DNA from: an uncultured bacterium
Lineage (GTDB): Bacteria; Patescibacteriota; Minisyncoccia; Phycocordibacterales; UBA2163
Assembly: GCA_913041175.1 (NCBI GenBank)
Contig: CAJWGW010000001.1
Coordinates: forward strand, 1-49,914
Reading direction: 5' to 3'
DNA: 49,914 nt
In this document: positions 35,269 to 44,752 of the stretch, in pieces
Layout of the letters: every line of letters begins with the position of its first letter
Numbering within the stretch: position 1 is the stretch's first letter
The notes under the pieces: generated by a model
What the model saw: only the letters and a program-made list of their open reading frames with translations
Database searches by the model: none
Told to the model about the DNA's origin: nothing
Translations under genes and position numbers: made by a program

Positions 35269-35697
35269 ATGACAGCAAAAAGTTTAAAGGAAACTGAAAA
35301 AATTGCAAAAGAATTTATTAAAAATCTTATACCTAACAAAGATACTGCTTTAGTCATTACTCTTTATGGGGAGCTTGGTTCAGGGAAAACAACATTTGTG
35401 AAATATATTGCCAAAACATTCGGACTTGAGAAAACCATTACAAGTCCGACTTTTGTTATTGAAAAGATATATAAAATAGAGGATAAAAATTTTGATTACC
35501 TTATTCATATAGATGCATATCGCTTAAAGGAAGGAGAAGAGTTAAAGCAATTAGGTTGGAAAGAAATCTTAGAGAATCCAAAGAATCTAATTTTCATAGA
35601 ATGGCCGGAAAATGTGAAAGATATATTACCTGAAAACAAACAGGAAATACACTTTAAATTCATAGACGAAAATACAAGAGAGATTAAGGTTAAATAA
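35269..35697 (+). CDS. tsaE: tRNA threonylcarbamoyladenosine biosynthesis protein TsaE
   Basis: LYGELGSGKTTFVK P-loop, SPTFVI, HIDAYRL. Confidence 0.88.
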   Translation: MTAKSLKETEKIAKEFIKNLIPNKDTALVITLYGELGSGKTTFVKYIAKTFGLEKTITSPTFVIEKIYKIEDKNFDYLIHIDAYRLKEGEELKQLGWKEILENPKNLIFIEWPENVKDILPENKQEIHFKFIDENTREIKVK

Positions 35698-35700
35698 GGA

Positions 35701-35741
35701 TAAGTAAAGTACTTGACAAATATATCTGAATATGCTATACT
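35701..35741 (+). promoter_or_regulatory. consensus promoter, copy 1 of a duplicated 38-bp block
   Basis: TAAGTAAAGTACTTGACAAATATATCTGAATATGCTAT. -35 TTGACA at 35713-35718, 17-nt spacer, -10 TATACT at 35736-35741. Confidence 0.7.
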
Positions 35742-35823
35742 ATTCATAGTTAATTAAGTTCTTTTTATTTTAATTCTTTATTTTATTCTTTTTCACATTT
35801 AATCTCTTGAAAGGAGATCAAAA

Positions 35824-36264
35824 ATGAAAAATATTTTGTTGGTTGTTATGTTGGTTGCAGTTACTTCTTTCTCTGCCTCTGCTAATTCATTTGCAGAGGA
35901 GAATTCAGAAACAACGCTTGTTTCCTATATAGTGTCAGGAAATGAGTACGTTTTGAATTATGAAATAGTAGAACGTAATGACAAAACATTACTTCGTGCA
36001 GAAGTTAAACAATTCATCGATTTGAATAATGGTGACAAGGCGTCTGGGGAAATGGTTGCTGTAATAGCATTAAACTCAGAAATGATGAAATTAGTGTTGA
36101 GACCAGAAATCAAAAAATCTGGTGATGTTGTAGAAGCAAATTGGTCTGCAATGATGAGAAACGGCGCTCGAATAGATGGAGATTATGCTGTTATAGATCT
36201 GGATGAAGTAAGAATCACCGGTCTTCAGTTTACTCCGGATGATTTAATAAAAATGAGGAAGTAA
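35824..36264 (+). CDS. small secreted protein (hypothetical)
   Basis: SD AAAGGAGA, signal peptide MKNILLVVMLVAVTSFSASANSFAEE, own terminator at about 36280-36320. Confidence 0.7.
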   Translation: MKNILLVVMLVAVTSFSASANSFAEENSETTLVSYIVSGNEYVLNYEIVERNDKTLLRAEVKQFIDLNNGDKASGEMVAVIALNSEMMKLVLRPEIKKSGDVVEANWSAMMRNGARIDGDYAVIDLDEVRITGLQFTPDDLIKMRK

Positions 36265-36345
36265 TAAAGATTTCTAACTGGTCCAAGTATGTAGATGTTA
36301 TATGCTTGGACCTTTTTTACATCAAAATATGATTTAAAATAAAGC

Positions 36346-36386
36346 TAAGTAAAGTACTTGACAAATATATCTGAATATGCTATTAT
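36346..36386 (+). promoter_or_regulatory. consensus promoter, copy 2 of the duplicated 38-bp block
   Basis: Identical 38 bp to 35701-35738. -35 TTGACA at 36358-36363, -10 TATTAT at 36381-36386. Confidence 0.7.
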
Positions 36387-36441
36387 ATCAACAGATTACT
36401 GCATTTTATTTTTTTAGATTTTTAGCCGAAAGGGGTTAAAA

Positions 36442-36825
36442 ATGAAAATCAGACCAGTTTTATTGATTTTGTTGTTTGTAGTAGTAACCTCTTTCTCTGC
36501 TAATTCATTTGCAGAGGGAGAAAGTAGGAAGGAGCAAATAGCTGAGCAAATAACGAAAGAGCCGTGGGAAGAACTTTCCAGAGAACAGCTAATGAAGAAG
36601 ATAATCTTGTTATTAACGGCGTACGAGTTATTACAAGGTGAAGTAATTGTAGTGAATTTAAAGTTGTTAATGTCAGAAATTAACAACCAAGAATTTACCG
36701 GTACAATAACTCCCCAGCAAGCTGATGAATTTAGGGCGACGACAAAAGAGGCTCTCGTGGCAGCTGAAGTACAAGAGGCGGCAACAAAGAAATCCTTCGA
36801 AAGAATGATGAAGTTAAAAATCTAA
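36442..36825 (+). CDS. small secreted protein (hypothetical, helical)
   Basis: Signal peptide MKIRPVLLILLFVVVTSFSANSFAEGE shares its C-region with the preceding gene. The mature part appears unrelated. Own terminator. Confidence 0.7.
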   Translation: MKIRPVLLILLFVVVTSFSANSFAEGESRKEQIAEQITKEPWEELSREQLMKKIILLLTAYELLQGEVIVVNLKLLMSEINNQEFTGTITPQQADEFRATTKEALVAAEVQEAATKKSFERMMKLKI

Positions 36826-36932
36826 ACTCATTCAAAGTTGTAGGATTTACAAAGACCCGAACGTATCTATTTATACGGGAGGGTCTTTTTTTATGCAGAA
36901 TTTTTTACTGAAATTTGTGGTAAAATTGGTAT

Positions 36933-39314
36933 ATGGTTAAGAAAAAGAAAAAAAGATTAGTGCTTTTGGATGCCCATGCAATTCTCCATAGGGCATACCA
37001 CGCACTACCTGATTTTACGTCAGACAAAGGCGAACCAACTGGCGCACTTTATGGCTTGTCTTCAATGCTTATGAAAATTATTGCCGACCTGAAGCCTGAC
37101 TACTTGGCTGCATGTTATGATTTACAGGAACCTACATATAGACATGAAGTTTACGAAGACTATAAAGCAGGACGCCCCAAAACAGATGATGAACTCATAG
37201 CACAAATGGACCGCTCAAGAGATATTTTTGAATCATTTGGTATTCCTATTTACGAGAAGGTGGGCTTTGAAGCAGATGATGTACTGGGAACTATAGTAGA
37301 GCAGGTTAAAGACAAGAAAGATATTGATACTATAATCGCCTCTGGCGACATGGATACGCTTCAGTTGGTGAATAATAAAAAGGTGTGCGTCTATACGCTC
37401 AAAAAAGGAATTAAAGAAACAATTGTCTATGACGAAGAGGGTGTTGAAGAGAGATTTGGCTTTAAACCCGAGTTTTTAATTGACTATAAAGGTCTTCGCG
37501 GAGATCCTTCTGACAATATTCCTGGAGTTGCCGGAATTGGAGAAAAGACCGCAACGGAGTTGATACAGAAATTCGGCACCATTGAAGATATTTATAAAAT
37601 ACTCAAGAAAGATAAGAAAAAGTTTGAAAAAGCTGGTATAAAACCTCGCATTGTAGGTATTTTAGAGGAAAATGAAGAAGAGGCTCAGTTCTCAAAAATG
37701 CTTGCAACAATCCGCCTTGATGTACCTATAAAATTTGAAATACCGAAGGAAAAATGGGAAGAAGCACTTGAGATTGAAAATATATTAGCTCTTTTTCAAG
37801 AGCTTGGTTTCAGAACTCTTTCACAGAGAGTTCGTGATACTTTTGGTGGCTCAGATAATGATACAACAGAGGAAAAAGAAGTTGAAAGTTCTGAGGAACC
37901 ACTAGAGGTAGATGAAAAGGAACTAAAAAAAATCGCAGTTGCTGTCTGGCTTTTGAAATCAGATATCACAAATCCAGAACTTGAGGAAATTCTCGAGTTT
38001 GCAAATACAGACTCATATGATGAAGCAAAAGAAACAATACTTGCTGAAATAAAAAAACAAAAACTTGAAAAAGTTTATGAAGAAATAGAGCTACCACTTA
38101 TTCCTGTAGTTGAGAAGATGAAAGAAGTTGGTATAAAAATTGACGCTAAGTATCTTAAAAATCTCTCAAACGATTATCATAAAAAACTCTCAGCGCTTGA
38201 AAAGAAAATCTACAAACACGCAAACGGTGAGTTTAATGTAAATTCACCAAAGCAGTTAGGAGAAGTACTTTTTGACAAACTAGGGCTCGCTCCAAAGAAT
38301 CAAAAAAAGACAGGCACTGGTGCGCGCTCCACTCGTGAGTCAGAACTTGAAAAAATGAAAGACATGCACCCGATTATTAAGGAAATTTTTTCACATCGTG
38401 AATTACAAAAACTTCTATCAACTTATATAGACAATATTCCGCAACTTTTAGATAAAAAAAATCGTTTGCATGCTACATTTCTACAAGCTGGAACCACAAC
38501 AGGAAGAATGGCATCACAAAATCCTAATTTACAAAACATTCCGATACGAACAGAACTCGGAAGAAAAATAAGAAATGCATTTGTCGCAAGTAGTGGATAT
38601 AAATTAGTAGCACTTGATTATTCTCAGATCGAACTTCGAGTTGCGGCGTTTCTATCGGGAGATGAAAAACTGATTGAAAATTTCAAAGAAGGAGGAGACA
38701 TTCACGCGAAGATGGCATCGGAAGTTTTTGATGTACCGATTGATATGGTGGATGCCGAGATGAGACGAGAAGCAAAAGTAATTAACTTTGGTATTCAATA
38801 CGGAATGGGGGTTAACTCCTTGAAAGAGAATCTCGGCACTACACGAGCCGAAGCGCAGAAATATTATAATGAATATTTCAAAATTTTCTCCGGACTTGCA
38901 CATTATTTACATGAAATCAAAGCTGATGCGGCAAGAGAGGGCTTTACAAAGACCTATTTTGGTCGAAAAAGGCATTTTGAGGGGATTAATTCAAGAATTC
39001 CATATATCAGGGCAATGGCAGAGAGGATGGCGATAAATGCCCCTATTCAGGGCACGCAGTCAGATATTATAAAGATTGCAATGTCGCAAGTTGATGATTA
39101 TCTTATTAAAGAAAATATAATAGAAGATGCACACCTTTTACTTCAAGTTCATGATGAACTTGTATATGAGATAAAGAATGATAAAGTGGAAGAGATTTCA
39201 AAAGAAATTAAAAATATTATGGAATCCGTAATTGAACCTAAAGACATTTACGACATTGAACTTAAAGTTGATGTCTCTACTGGAGATAATTGGGGAGAGA
39301 TGAAAAAATTATGA
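36933..39314 (+). CDS. polA: DNA polymerase I
   Basis: 5' nuclease domain (LLDAHAILHRAYH, GDPSDNIPGVAGIGEKTA). Family A polymerase motifs A (DYSQIELRV), B (RREAKVINFGIQYGM) and C (QVHDELV). Confidence 0.95.
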   Translation: MVKKKKKRLVLLDAHAILHRAYHALPDFTSDKGEPTGALYGLSSMLMKIIADLKPDYLAACYDLQEPTYRHEVYEDYKAGRPKTDDELIAQMDRSRDIFESFGIPIYEKVGFEADDVLGTIVEQVKDKKDIDTIIASGDMDTLQLVNNKKVCVYTLKKGIKETIVYDEEGVEERFGFKPEFLIDYKGLRGDPSDNIPGVAGIGEKTATELIQKFGTIEDIYKILKKDKKKFEKAGIKPRIVGILEENEEEAQFSKMLATIRLDVPIKFEIPKEKWEEALEIENILALFQELGFRTLSQRVRDTFGGSDNDTTEEKEVESSEEPLEVDEKELKKIAVAVWLLKSDITNPELEEILEFANTDSYDEAKETILAEIKKQKLEKVYEEIELPLIPVVEKMKEVGIKIDAKYLKNLSNDYHKKLSALEKKIYKHANGEFNVNSPKQLGEVLFDKLGLAPKNQKKTGTGARSTRESELEKMKDMHPIIKEIFSHRELQKLLSTYIDNIPQLLDKKNRLHATFLQAGTTTGRMASQNPNLQNIPIRTELGRKIRNAFVASSGYKLVALDYSQIELRVAAFLSGDEKLIENFKEGGDIHAKMASEVFDVPIDMVDAEMRREAKVINFGIQYGMGVNSLKENLGTTRAEAQKYYNEYFKIFSGLAHYLHEIKADAAREGFTKTYFGRKRHFEGINSRIPYIRAMAERMAINAPIQGTQSDIIKIAMSQVDDYLIKENIIEDAHLLLQVHDELVYEIKNDKVEEISKEIKNIMESVIEPKDIYDIELKVDVSTGDNWGEMKKL

Positions 39315-40027
39315 TTTACCTACTTTATGGAACAGATACAATAAAGTCGCGGAAGAAGCTCCACACGCTTTTGGACAGTTTGTTTTTAAAAAAACCAGAT
39401 GCGTCCTTCGTGCGTGCCTCTGCAGAGAATTTTGATGAAAGTAGAATAGATGAGTTTGTAGGAGGGCAGGGACTTTTTGAAAATAAATACATAATTGTTT
39501 TTGATAATTTATTTGAAGATAAAGAAACTAAAAATGCGATTTTGAAAAAATTAAAAGAGATTTCAAAATCGCAGAATATTTTCATCTTCCTTGAAGAGAA
39601 ATTAAACAAAACAGAGCTTAATAGATTTGAAAAATATGCAGAGAAAATCCAAAAGATTGACATTGAAGGTCAAACGCAAAAGAAAAAGTTTGATATATTC
39701 TCACTCACAGATGCATTTGGTAGGAGAGACAAAAAAGGACTTTGGGTTTTGTATCAAAAGGCAAAACTGAATAATGTTTCTGATGAAGAAGTGCATGGGA
39801 TATTATTTTGGCAAGTTAAAAGCATGATACTCTCGCTTAATGCCAAAGATGCGAAGGAGTCAGGACTCAATCCATTTGTGTTTAGAAAATCACTCGGGTT
39901 TCTCAAAAATTATTCGGAGAGTGAGTTAAAGAAAATTTCATCCACACTCGTATCTCTCTATCACGACACACGTCGCGGAATTCACGAAATGGACACCGCG
40001 CTTGAGAGGTTTATTTTAGGGATATAA
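39311..40027 (+). CDS. holA: DNA polymerase III subunit delta (HolA-like)
   Basis: MIYLLYGTDTIKSRKKL N-terminus, size and helical C-terminal domain typical of the delta subunit. The ATGA junction overlaps the polA stop. Confidence 0.7.
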   Translation: MIYLLYGTDTIKSRKKLHTLLDSLFLKKPDASFVRASAENFDESRIDEFVGGQGLFENKYIIVFDNLFEDKETKNAILKKLKEISKSQNIFIFLEEKLNKTELNRFEKYAEKIQKIDIEGQTQKKKFDIFSLTDAFGRRDKKGLWVLYQKAKLNNVSDEEVHGILFWQVKSMILSLNAKDAKESGLNPFVFRKSLGFLKNYSESELKKISSTLVSLYHDTRRGIHEMDTALERFILGI

Positions 40028-40070
40028 ATTTGAATAAAAGCTCAATATATTGTATAGTTTTGTTTGTATA

Positions 40071-40144
40071 CCGCCCATAGCTCAGTTTGGTAGAGCACCT
40101 GCCTTTTAAGCAGAGGGTCGTAGGTTCGAGTCCTACTGGGCGGA
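40071..40144 (+). tRNA. tRNA-Lys(UUU)
   Basis: 74-nt cloverleaf CCGCCCA..CCTGC-CTTTTAA-GCAGA..GTAGG-TTCGAGT-CCTAC-TGGGCGG-A. It has an unusual C1:G72 pair and a C27/A43 mismatch. Confidence 0.85.
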
Positions 40145-40147
40145 CTT

Positions 40148-40561
40148 TTATAGCGGTAAATCAAACGCAAAGGCGCCTGCGCCGGAGAAAAGAAGAGATA
40201 AAGATGCAACAAGTATAAGAATGTAAAACATTTTACTGTATTTTGCCACCTTATTCAGATCTTTGTACAGCCACTTTACAAACAGTGCGTCAATTGCAAT
40301 CAAGATTCCTGCGATTGCGGCAATCTGCGTCAGAAATCCTGCTATAAGAAAAAAACCAGTGATAATTTCAAGTATTCCGCCGAACCATACAATGGATATT
40401 GCCAATTTAGGCCATCTGTTTGAAACTTGATTTGTAGCTGTAACTCTATCTTTGAATAAATAAGAATATCCTATCCAAAGAAACATTAGGCCGACTGTGA
40501 TGCGGATTAAAAATGGCGAGAGAAGCCCTAAAAACAATAGATTTGGAAAGGTATTTAACAT
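40148..40561 (-). CDS. DoxX-like membrane protein
   Basis: 137 aa with four TM helices and a DoxX-like N-terminal helix (LIRITVGLMFLWIGYSYLF). Confidence 0.55.
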   Translation of the reverse strand: MLNTFPNLLFLGLLSPFLIRITVGLMFLWIGYSYLFKDRVTATNQVSNRWPKLAISIVWFGGILEIITGFFLIAGFLTQIAAIAGILIAIDALFVKWLYKDLNKVAKYSKMFYILILVASLSLLFSGAGAFAFDLPL

Positions 40562-40596
40562 TAGTAATATTGTAGCATTTGTATATAATATTTTCT

Positions 40597-41067
40597 ATGG
40601 CTAAAGCTTGTTTAATACTTCATAACATTAGAAGCGTTCATAATATCGGCGCTATTTTTAGAACTGCAGATGCTGCAGGTATTTCAAAAATTTATCTAAC
40701 TGGCTATACACCTACGCCCGTGGACCGTTTTGGGAGAGCAAGGAAGGATTTAGCAAAGACTGCGCTTGGCGCGGAAAAATCTGTAGAGTGGGAACATATT
40801 AAATCAATAGATTCTCTTATAAAAAAAATCAAAAAAGATGAATTTAAAATAATCGCAGTTGAACAGAGAGAAAATGCAGTTGACTACAAGAAACTTAAAA
40901 TAAAATTTCCTACAGCATTTATTTTCGGAAATGAAGTAAAAGGACTCTCAAAATTAATTTTAAAAAAGTGTGATCAAATTGTGCAAATTAAAATGCTTGG
41001 CAGAAAAGAATCACTCAATGTTTCTGTTGCCGCAGGAATTTTCCTTTTCAGAGTTCTTAATAGGTAA
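40597..41067 (+). CDS. SpoU/TrmH family RNA 2'-O-methyltransferase
   Basis: NIGAIFRTADAAG, FGNEVKGLS, SLNVSVAAGIFLF. TATAAT lies just upstream of the ATG at 40597. Confidence 0.88.
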   Translation: MAKACLILHNIRSVHNIGAIFRTADAAGISKIYLTGYTPTPVDRFGRARKDLAKTALGAEKSVEWEHIKSIDSLIKKIKKDEFKIIAVEQRENAVDYKKLKIKFPTAFIFGNEVKGLSKLILKKCDQIVQIKMLGRKESLNVSVAAGIFLFRVLNR

Positions 41068-41983
41068 ATGTATCTACGACTTTTCCTTCATTATCTAAGA
41101 GTCGTATAACCTCGCGTTTTTCTCTCCAAAGTTCCTCACTTCTCCCAAGAAACACACGCCACTCACTACCTATAAAATCCAAATCATTTCTATGATTTTT
41201 CACACATCCTGTGTAATTGATAGTATTTGAAATGAACTCACTACATTGGTTCGATGTTCCAATAGGAAAAGAGTCAAGAGTCATCTCGCACTTTCTAATA
41301 TCGTCTACAAAATCTTCACATACATCATCTGTTATAGGGATATTTGCAAATCTATCAAATTCATCATTGGACCTTGGGCAATCTTTTACAAGAGTTGGTT
41401 TAAAATTTTGGAATTGCTCAAAGTAGCCCGTGCATTTGTTTATTTTAAAAGATGCTCCAATGGGGGAGAGTCCTGTGGAGATGATCATTTTTTCCTTAGG
41501 TGCAAGAGAGACTGCGGGTTCAGAGTTTATAACACCAGAGATGAAAAGAGGTGTTGCTCCACCAATAGCAATTTTCTTTTTTGAAATCATACTTTCAAGT
41601 TGCCATCCAGCAATTGAAATATTTTCGTTATTTCTTCGTGAAGCAGAGATGATAACGTATTCTTCATCCACAGAATCTTTTTTTGGACCAGTTGTTTTCT
41701 TTTCAATCACTATTTTGTCTTCGTATTTTGAAAATTCTCCACTTACTCGCTCTTCTTCAAGCTCACTGGATACTTTATCAAGTCCACTTTGGATTTTACT
41801 TACTTCAGTTTTAATTCCAATACCAAACTCTCCGTATTTTTCACCTGAGTCAAGAGGTGCTGGAGGTTTCAAAAATGCTCCACGATCCATTCTTGCACGT
41901 TCAGGTCCACCTGTAACAAGCCACGCTATTCCAAGCCCAAACACTATAAGTATTAATAATATTAAATCTCCTTTTGCTCCCAT
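41057..41983 (-). CDS. membrane-anchored lamin tail domain (LTD) protein
   Basis: N-terminal TM segment. DEEYVIISASRRNNENISIAGWQLES matches the LTD core motif (EYVel.N....v.LsGW.L). Confidence 0.65.
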   Translation of the reverse strand: MGAKGDLILLILIVFGLGIAWLVTGGPERARMDRGAFLKPPAPLDSGEKYGEFGIGIKTEVSKIQSGLDKVSSELEEERVSGEFSKYEDKIVIEKKTTGPKKDSVDEEYVIISASRRNNENISIAGWQLESMISKKKIAIGGATPLFISGVINSEPAVSLAPKEKMIISTGLSPIGASFKINKCTGYFEQFQNFKPTLVKDCPRSNDEFDRFANIPITDDVCEDFVDDIRKCEMTLDSFPIGTSNQCSEFISNTINYTGCVKNHRNDLDFIGSEWRVFLGRSEELWREKREVIRLLDNEGKVVDTFTY

Positions 41984-41987
41984 TATT

Positions 41988-43253
41988 TTATTTGTTAGTA
42001 AGTAATTTAAGTTCCTCTTTTACCACATCTCTATCATCCCATAACGTTTTCTTATTATTTGCTTCCATAATATACGGGTCAGTTCCTTTTCCTGTTATCA
42101 ATACTATATCGTTTTCTTTTGCTAATGTTAATGCTTTTCGTATAGCATCTCTTCTTTCAATTATTATCTTTGGACTTTGTTTAGTTATTCCTTGTGCCAC
42201 ATCTTCTATAATCTGCATAGGGTTTTCATCATAAGGGTCTTCATTTGTAAGGATTATATGTTTGCAGTAAGTATCGGCGACTTTACCCATATCTGGTCTT
42301 TTCCATTTATCCCTTCCTCCACCAGTGTTTCCGAGTACGCAGATTTTATCTGATTTGCCAAATGCTTTATAAAGCTCCTCCAAAGATTCTTTTGTGTGTG
42401 CATAGTCAACTATTACAGTAAAGTTTTGACCTCCCTCAATCCTTTCAACTCTTCCAGCTACTCCTCCAAATTCTTCAAGAGCATTTTTTATAATATCAAA
42501 ATTTATATTCCTGTGTTTTGCAAAAGTTATCCCAGCGAGTATGTTGTATATATTAAATTCTCCAACTAACTTTGTTTTAATTTTTTTTCCGTCAATAGTC
42601 AGAATAGTATCTTTCTCTGTGGCAGTGTATGGTTTTGCATCAGCTAGAGAAAAGGCGAGTTTCTTATCAACCTTTATATCTAAAAATTTCGGTGCATATT
42701 TATCATCAATATTTACTATCATTGTTCTGTTTTTTTTAAGTGAGCTCTCAAGTGTCTTGGCAATTTTTAATTTTGCGTTTAGATAGTTTTCAAACGAACC
42801 GTGCGCTTCAATATGCTCTGGCGCAATGTTGGTGAATATAAGTGTATCAAGTGAAATGAATTTGTGTCTAAATTGTTTGGCACCTTCCGACGTCATTTCT
42901 AAAATTGCATATTTACAATTTGCTTTTATGGCACTACGCAAGAATCTTTGTATGAAAAACCGCCCGGGCATTGTCATCTTGAAAAGATTTCTAGTATATT
43001 TGTCACCAACTTTGAAATGAATTGTGTTTAAAAGTGCGGTTTTCTCTCCTGTTTCTTCTAAGATTTTATTTATAATCTCTGTGACAGTAGTTTTACCTTT
43101 AGTGCCGGTAACCGCAACAACAAAAATTTTCCGTGAGGGGAATCCGTAATATACTGCTCCAGCAAATGCCAATAGATAGTGATACACAGGCTGTGCCATG
43201 TGGAAAATTTTTGTTGGTATTATTTTTCTTCCTATTTCTAGTATCTTTTCCAT
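41988..43253 (-). CDS. Mur ligase family protein (MurE-like)
   Basis: VAVTGTKGKTT P-loop, FTNIAPEHIEAHGS, DYAHT, GGGRDKWKRPDMG. The substrate cannot be called from sequence alone. Its start overlaps the ruvA stop (TAATG). Confidence 0.82.
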   Translation of the reverse strand: MEKILEIGRKIIPTKIFHMAQPVYHYLLAFAGAVYYGFPSRKIFVVAVTGTKGKTTVTEIINKILEETGEKTALLNTIHFKVGDKYTRNLFKMTMPGRFFIQRFLRSAIKANCKYAILEMTSEGAKQFRHKFISLDTLIFTNIAPEHIEAHGSFENYLNAKLKIAKTLESSLKKNRTMIVNIDDKYAPKFLDIKVDKKLAFSLADAKPYTATEKDTILTIDGKKIKTKLVGEFNIYNILAGITFAKHRNINFDIIKNALEEFGGVAGRVERIEGGQNFTVIVDYAHTKESLEELYKAFGKSDKICVLGNTGGGRDKWKRPDMGKVADTYCKHIILTNEDPYDENPMQIIEDVAQGITKQSPKIIIERRDAIRKALTLAKENDIVLITGKGTDPYIMEANNKKTLWDDRDVVKEELKLLTNK

Positions 43254-43837
43254 TATTCTTGTTTGCCAAGTATTTTGAGTGCTTCTTTTATACGCTCTCC
43301 AGAGTTCGTGGCAGTTTTACTTATTTTCTTCATAGCTTCACGTGCTTCTCTTGTTGAGTAGCCGAGTGCTTGAAGTGCTTCAAGTGTTTCGATCTCATCT
43401 CGCATTAGTGCGCTATCGGATTTACTGTCAATTGCGCCGAGTTTATCTTTCAGTTCAAGGATAATCTTCCCAGCGCTTTTGCGTCCGATGCCAGAGACTT
43501 TTGTAAGGTAAGAACTGTCGCCTGAGGACACAGCGGTTTTGAGAGTACTTACATCTGCAACAGAGAGGATGGCAAGTCCTGACTTGGGGCCAATACCTGA
43601 TATTGAAATAAGCATCTCAAAAAACTCAAGCTCGTCAGCGTTTAAGAATCCATAAAGGTCTAACGATGTCTCACGTACAGCCAAGTGCGTCTTTAAGCTA
43701 ATCACTTTATTTCCGGATTTCCGAATCTCTTCTATTGTCTCTGGCATTACGTTTACTCTATACCCGACTCCACCAACCATAAGCACGACAGAATTGCCGG
43801 ATATTTCAGCTACTTCTCCTTTGAGTTGAGCTATCAT
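43253..43837 (-). CDS. ruvA: Holliday junction DNA helicase subunit RuvA
   Basis: MIAQLKGEV...GVGYRV OB fold and two HhH motifs (ISGIGPKSGLAIL, VSGIGRKSAGKII). An upstream ATG at 43852 is also possible. Confidence 0.9.
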   Translation of the reverse strand: MIAQLKGEVAEISGNSVVLMVGGVGYRVNVMPETIEEIRKSGNKVISLKTHLAVRETSLDLYGFLNADELEFFEMLISISGIGPKSGLAILSVADVSTLKTAVSSGDSSYLTKVSGIGRKSAGKIILELKDKLGAIDSKSDSALMRDEIETLEALQALGYSTREAREAMKKISKTATNSGERIKEALKILGKQE

Positions 43838-43928
43838 ATTGGCATTATACATTATTGTACCTACGTATTCGAGGTCTTGTGTTTTACGATTATTCGTGCT
43901 ATTTTATCGAGAATTGAATATATAAATT

Positions 43929-44186
43929 ATGGCGATAACAAAATCAGCAAAAAAGGCAATAAGAAACTCAGCGCGGAAGCGTGTTTTTAATCTGCGCAGA
44001 ATGGCTGACACAAAAAACGCAGTAAAAGAAATCAAAAAATTAACTTTAGATAAAAAGAAAAATGAAGCAGTCGCACTTCTCCCAAAAGCATATAAAGCGA
44101 TAGACAAAATGGCAAAACGCGGAATCATAAAGAAAAACACCGCAGCTCGCAAAAAATCCCGCCTAACAAAGTTCGTAACTAAATAA
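43929..44186 (+). CDS. rpsT: 30S ribosomal protein S20
   Basis: MAITKSAKKAIRNSARKRVFNLRR...AYKAIDKMAKRGIIKKNTAARKKSRL. Confidence 0.92.
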   Translation: MAITKSAKKAIRNSARKRVFNLRRMADTKNAVKEIKKLTLDKKKNEAVALLPKAYKAIDKMAKRGIIKKNTAARKKSRLTKFVTK

Positions 44187-44188
44187 TT

Positions 44189-44260
44189 TGCTCTCAGTAG
44201 GAATCGAACCTACACCACATCCTCCGCAAGGATGAATTCTATCCATTAAACTATAAGAGC
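44189..44260 (-). tRNA. tRNA-Arg(GCG)
   Basis: 72-nt cloverleaf GCTCTTA..CATCC-TTGCGGA-GGATG..GTAGG-TTCGATT-CCTAC-TGAGAGC-A. Anticodon read by hand as 5'-GCG-3'. Confidence 0.8.
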
Positions 44261-44280
44261 TTGTTTAAAGGAGAATAACA

Positions 44281-44748
44281 CTAAAAGCCAAAGAATTCCA
44301 CGATTTTCTGCGCAAGTGATTCACTATCTTCCTCTTCGGCCAAATACTCTAAAAGGTAATCGCGTATATCATTTGGAGATGCATTTTCTATTGGGATAAT
44401 GATATGTGGAGCAAGAAGTTTTTTTGATTTTATTAAAAGTTTTGGAGATGTTTGTTCACTTTCGTCTTCCACCCAGAAGGATTCAAGGGACGAGTATGGG
44501 TGCAGAGTATTGTCAATAATTATACCACGTTCACTTATTTTGAAGTTTACAAGATTTGGTTTTTTTACTGCATGTACACTAAGAGTAAATGCTCCAACTA
44601 AAATTATAATTGCAAACAATATATTGTTGAAAATAATCGCCGTCACAGCACCTGCGATTGCAATAATACCAAGCGCCCAAAACCAATCAGAGCTCTTGTG
44701 AATATGCTCATGTTCAAATGCCCTCCATTCTAATTGAGATTGCTGCAT
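44281..44748 (-). CDS. hypothetical two-TM membrane protein
   Basis: 155 aa. EWRAFEHEHIHKSSDWFW, then two TM helices and an acidic C-terminus. No family recognised. Confidence 0.6.
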   Translation of the reverse strand: MQQSQLEWRAFEHEHIHKSSDWFWALGIIAIAGAVTAIIFNNILFAIIILVGAFTLSVHAVKKPNLVNFKISERGIIIDNTLHPYSSLESFWVEDESEQTSPKLLIKSKKLLAPHIIIPIENASPNDIRDYLLEYLAEEEDSESLAQKIVEFFGF

Positions 44749-44752
44749 GTTG

